Made by a program: the position numbers and the translations under genes. The notes below the pieces were generated by a model that was given only the letters and a program-made list of their open reading frames with translations, was not told the origin of the DNA and did no database searches. From Bacteroidota bacterium (GTDB taxonomy: Bacteria > Bacteroidota > Bacteroidia > NS11-12g > UBA955), in NCBI GenBank assembly GCA_027488835.1, contig JAIYAW010000006.1, positions 556-64,555 on the forward strand: DNA of 64,000 nt. Direction: 5' to 3'. Below, piece after piece: positions 61,616 to 64,000 of the stretch. The first letter of the stretch is position 1. Each line of letters opens with the position of its first letter.

Positions 61616-63541
61616 ATGAATTTTTTATCAGTAGAAAACTTATCAAAAACTTGGCACGATAAACCCGTGCTTAGAAATATTTCCTTTGGATTACAACAAG
61701 GTGAAAAAGTGGCTTTGGTTGCAGGAAATGGCCAAGGAAAGAGCACCTTGCTTCAAATTATAATTGGTAAAGAAACACCCAATACGGGTCAAGCAATTAT
61801 ACGGAAGGACATTAAAATTGGATATCTCCCTCAAGAGCCAGAATTGATGGAAAATGTTTCAGTTATTGACAATATTTTAATTTACGATTCTCCAATTAGT
61901 AAAGCAGTTAGAGAATATGACATTGCAATTGAGAAACAATCACATGATCCCTCAGAAGATGATATGAATCATTTACAATGGGCAAGCGAACAAATGAATT
62001 TGTTGGGTGCGTGGGATTATGAAAGCAGGGTAAAACAAGTTTTAACGAAACTTAAAATTACAGACCACGATCAATTGGCGTCTAGTTTATCGGGAGGACA
62101 GAGAAAACGTGTTGCCATGGCTAAAGTACTTTTGGCTGAGCCCGATTTGTTGATTATGGATGAACCTACCAACCATTTGGATTTAGAAATGATTGAATGG
62201 TTAGAAGGATATCTTTCGCAAAAAGATTTATCTCTACTTTTGGTTACCCACGATCGTTATTTCTTGGACAGGGTATGCGATACAATCATTGAATTAGAAC
62301 ATGGAGATATTTATCATTACAAAGGCAATTACACCTATTTTGTAGAGAATAAAGCACTACGAGAAGCGCAAATTGCAAGTGAGTTAGAAAAGGATAAAAA
62401 CTTGTTCAGACGTGAACTTGATTGGGTGCGTAAAATGCCTAAGGCAAGGGGCACAAAAAGTAAGAGTAGGGTGGATGCCTTTGATGATTTAGAAGCGAGA
62501 ATTAAAAATCAACGTCATAAAACTGAACTCAATATTACCATGAGAATGGAGCGTTTGGGTTCTAAAATATTAGAACTTCACCATGTAAGTAAATCCTATG
62601 GAACCAAAAATTTACTCGACGATTTTAGTTACATTTTCAAAAGAAAAGAAAAAGTTGGAATTGTTGGTCCTAATGGCGTGGGCAAATCTACCTTCTTGAA
62701 CATGATTATGGAATTGGAACAGCCCGATGCTGGTAAAATTGTTCAAGGTGATACCATGATTTTTGGATATTATTCTCAGCAAGGAATGAAGATTGATGAT
62801 TCAAAAAAGGTTATTGATGTTGTAAGGGATATTGCCGATTGGATTCCCATGGCAAACGGAAATAAATTGACAGCCCAACAACTCCTTTTGCAATTTGGAT
62901 TTACCCATGAAAAACAATGGGATTTTGCAGTGAAATTAAGTGGTGGAGAAAAACGCAGGTTGTATTTGATGACTGTATTGATGAAGGCTCCTAATTTTTT
63001 AATTTTAGATGAGCCAACAAATGACTTGGATATTGAGACATTGGGTGTATTAGAAGATTTCCTTGCGGGTTATGATGGTTGTGCCATCATTGTAAGCCAT
63101 GATCGTTATTTTATGGATAAAGTTGTTGATCATATTTTTATTTTTGAAGGAGAGGGTAAGGTTAGAGATTTCCCAGGTAATTATAGTGATTACAGAGAGT
63201 GGGACGAGATCGAGGATGCGAGGCGTCAACAAGAAGCAAAGGATAACTTCAAAGCTTCTAAAAATTCAATTGAAAACAAACCTGAAATAGCGGTAGTAAA
63301 TAAAGTTGCGGAGCCTGTTGTTGAAAAACGCAAGTTAACCTTCAAAGAAAAATTTGAGTTCGACCAATTAGAGAAAGAAATTACTGAGCTAAACCAAAAT
63401 AAGTCTAAAATAGAAGGTGAAATTGCACATTTAACTACAGAGTTTGATAAAATTGCAACATTGGGTGCTGAATTAGAGACGATTCAAGCTTCCATAGATT
63501 CGAAAGAATTGCGTTGGTTAGAGCTTTCTGAATTTGTTTAA
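61616..63541 (+). CDS. ABC-F family ATPase (Uup/YheS-like)
   Basis: Two NBDs without TM domains: GNGQGKST/LSGGQRKR/LIMDEPTNHLD and GPNGVGKST/LSGGEKRR/LILDEPTNDLD. C-terminal coiled coil. Confidence 0.93.
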   Translation: MNFLSVENLSKTWHDKPVLRNISFGLQQGEKVALVAGNGQGKSTLLQIIIGKETPNTGQAIIRKDIKIGYLPQEPELMENVSVIDNILIYDSPISKAVREYDIAIEKQSHDPSEDDMNHLQWASEQMNLLGAWDYESRVKQVLTKLKITDHDQLASSLSGGQRKRVAMAKVLLAEPDLLIMDEPTNHLDLEMIEWLEGYLSQKDLSLLLVTHDRYFLDRVCDTIIELEHGDIYHYKGNYTYFVENKALREAQIASELEKDKNLFRRELDWVRKMPKARGTKSKSRVDAFDDLEARIKNQRHKTELNITMRMERLGSKILELHHVSKSYGTKNLLDDFSYIFKRKEKVGIVGPNGVGKSTFLNMIMELEQPDAGKIVQGDTMIFGYYSQQGMKIDDSKKVIDVVRDIADWIPMANGNKLTAQQLLLQFGFTHEKQWDFAVKLSGGEKRRLYLMTVLMKAPNFLILDEPTNDLDIETLGVLEDFLAGYDGCAIIVSHDRYFMDKVVDHIFIFEGEGKVRDFPGNYSDYREWDEIEDARRQQEAKDNFKASKNSIENKPEIAVVNKVAEPVVEKRKLTFKEKFEFDQLEKEITELNQNKSKIEGEIAHLTTEFDKIATLGAELETIQASIDSKELRWLELSEFV

Positions 63542-63558
63542 CCGTAATTTTTTAACAT

Positions 63559-63596
63559 AAAAAAAGAGGCTTTGATTCTAAAGCCTCTTTTTTTAA
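63559..63596. terminator. Bidirectional terminator between the ABC-F and yceI-family genes
   Basis: 9-bp stem AGAGGCTTT/AAAGCCTCT, 6-nt loop, A-run upstream and T-run downstream. Confidence 0.85.
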
Positions 63597-63610
63597 ATTA
63601 TAATTTATTA

Positions 63611-64000
63611 TTAATTTGCAGCTGGTGCAAATTGTGCATTCATAATTAATTTTACATTAGGACCTACAACCAATCCACCTGCTTCAGTAACTGCATTCCA
63701 AGTTAAACCGAATTCTTCACGGTTAATTTCGCCAGTTACTTCAAATCCTACTTTATGATTTCCCCATGGATCAACCATTTCGCCACCTAATTCGGCAGTT
63801 AATTCAATAGATTTGGTAACACCTTTCAAAGTAATATCGCCAACTAAAGAAAATACACTACCAGATTTTTCAGTGAAACTAGTTGATTTGAAAGTAATAT
63901 GAGGGAATTGATCTGAATCAAAAAATTCAGGAGATTTCAAATGTCCATCACGGTCAGCATTGTTTGTATCAATGCTATCAATATTTGCCGTAAATTCGAT
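63611..64000 (-). CDS. YceI-family periplasmic polyisoprenoid-binding protein (5' end beyond window)
   Basis: The frame stays open to base 64000 (...IDTNNADRDGHLKSPEFFDSDQFPHITFKS). The track's Met is an internal TTG (Leu). Confidence 0.85.
   Translation of the reverse strand: MEFTANIDSIDTNNADRDGHLKSPEFFDSDQFPHITFKSTSFTEKSGSVFSLVGDITLKGVTKSIELTAELGGEMVDPWGNHKVGFEVTGEINREEFGLTWNAVTEAGGLVVGPNVKLIMNAQFAPAAN

Overview
AT-rich, very gene-dense chromosomal segment: about 55 CDS, most intergenic gaps under 100 bp, and several overlapping gene ends. It looks like core genome of a Bacteroidota organism. Supporting signs are a T9SS C-terminal sorting domain on a large Calx-beta protein, recurrent TAnnTTTG -7 promoter boxes, no Shine-Dalgarno-like sequences before start codons, and many outer-membrane beta-barrel and lipoprotein genes. 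I cannot resolve genus or species from the sequence alone.

Content is mostly housekeeping:
- Central genes: purD, ftsH, polA, leuS, obg, hflX, nth, lptB, iscS-iscU-iscA, an SRP RNA, a DEAD-box helicase, an ABC-F ATPase and kynureninase.
- Envelope genes: ExbB/ExbD, two MsbA-like ABC exporters, SurA-like PPIases, a GT2/GT-C glycosylation pair, porin-like barrels and an L,D-transpeptidase.

I see no rRNA, tRNA, CRISPR array, integrase, transposase, prophage or recognisable defence or toxin genes. I did not find a convincingly novel system.

The items most worth a second look:
1. A repeated TAnnTTTG-N4-start-codon architecture that implies widespread leaderless mRNAs. It is calibrated internally by the SRP RNA 5' end.
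2. A roughly 307-aa RGG/GGY plus DRP-repeat tail on a DECD-variant DEAD-box helicase that also has a 97-nt leader.
3. Three uncharacterised envelope gene modules, at 5115-10021, 22452-24912 and 31066-34982.
4. A MarR/kynureninase divergon with a perfect 14-bp palindrome between the promoters.
5. An orphan phosphosulfolactate synthase (ComA-type).

All functional calls come from motif recognition by eye on the supplied translations. No database search was run.
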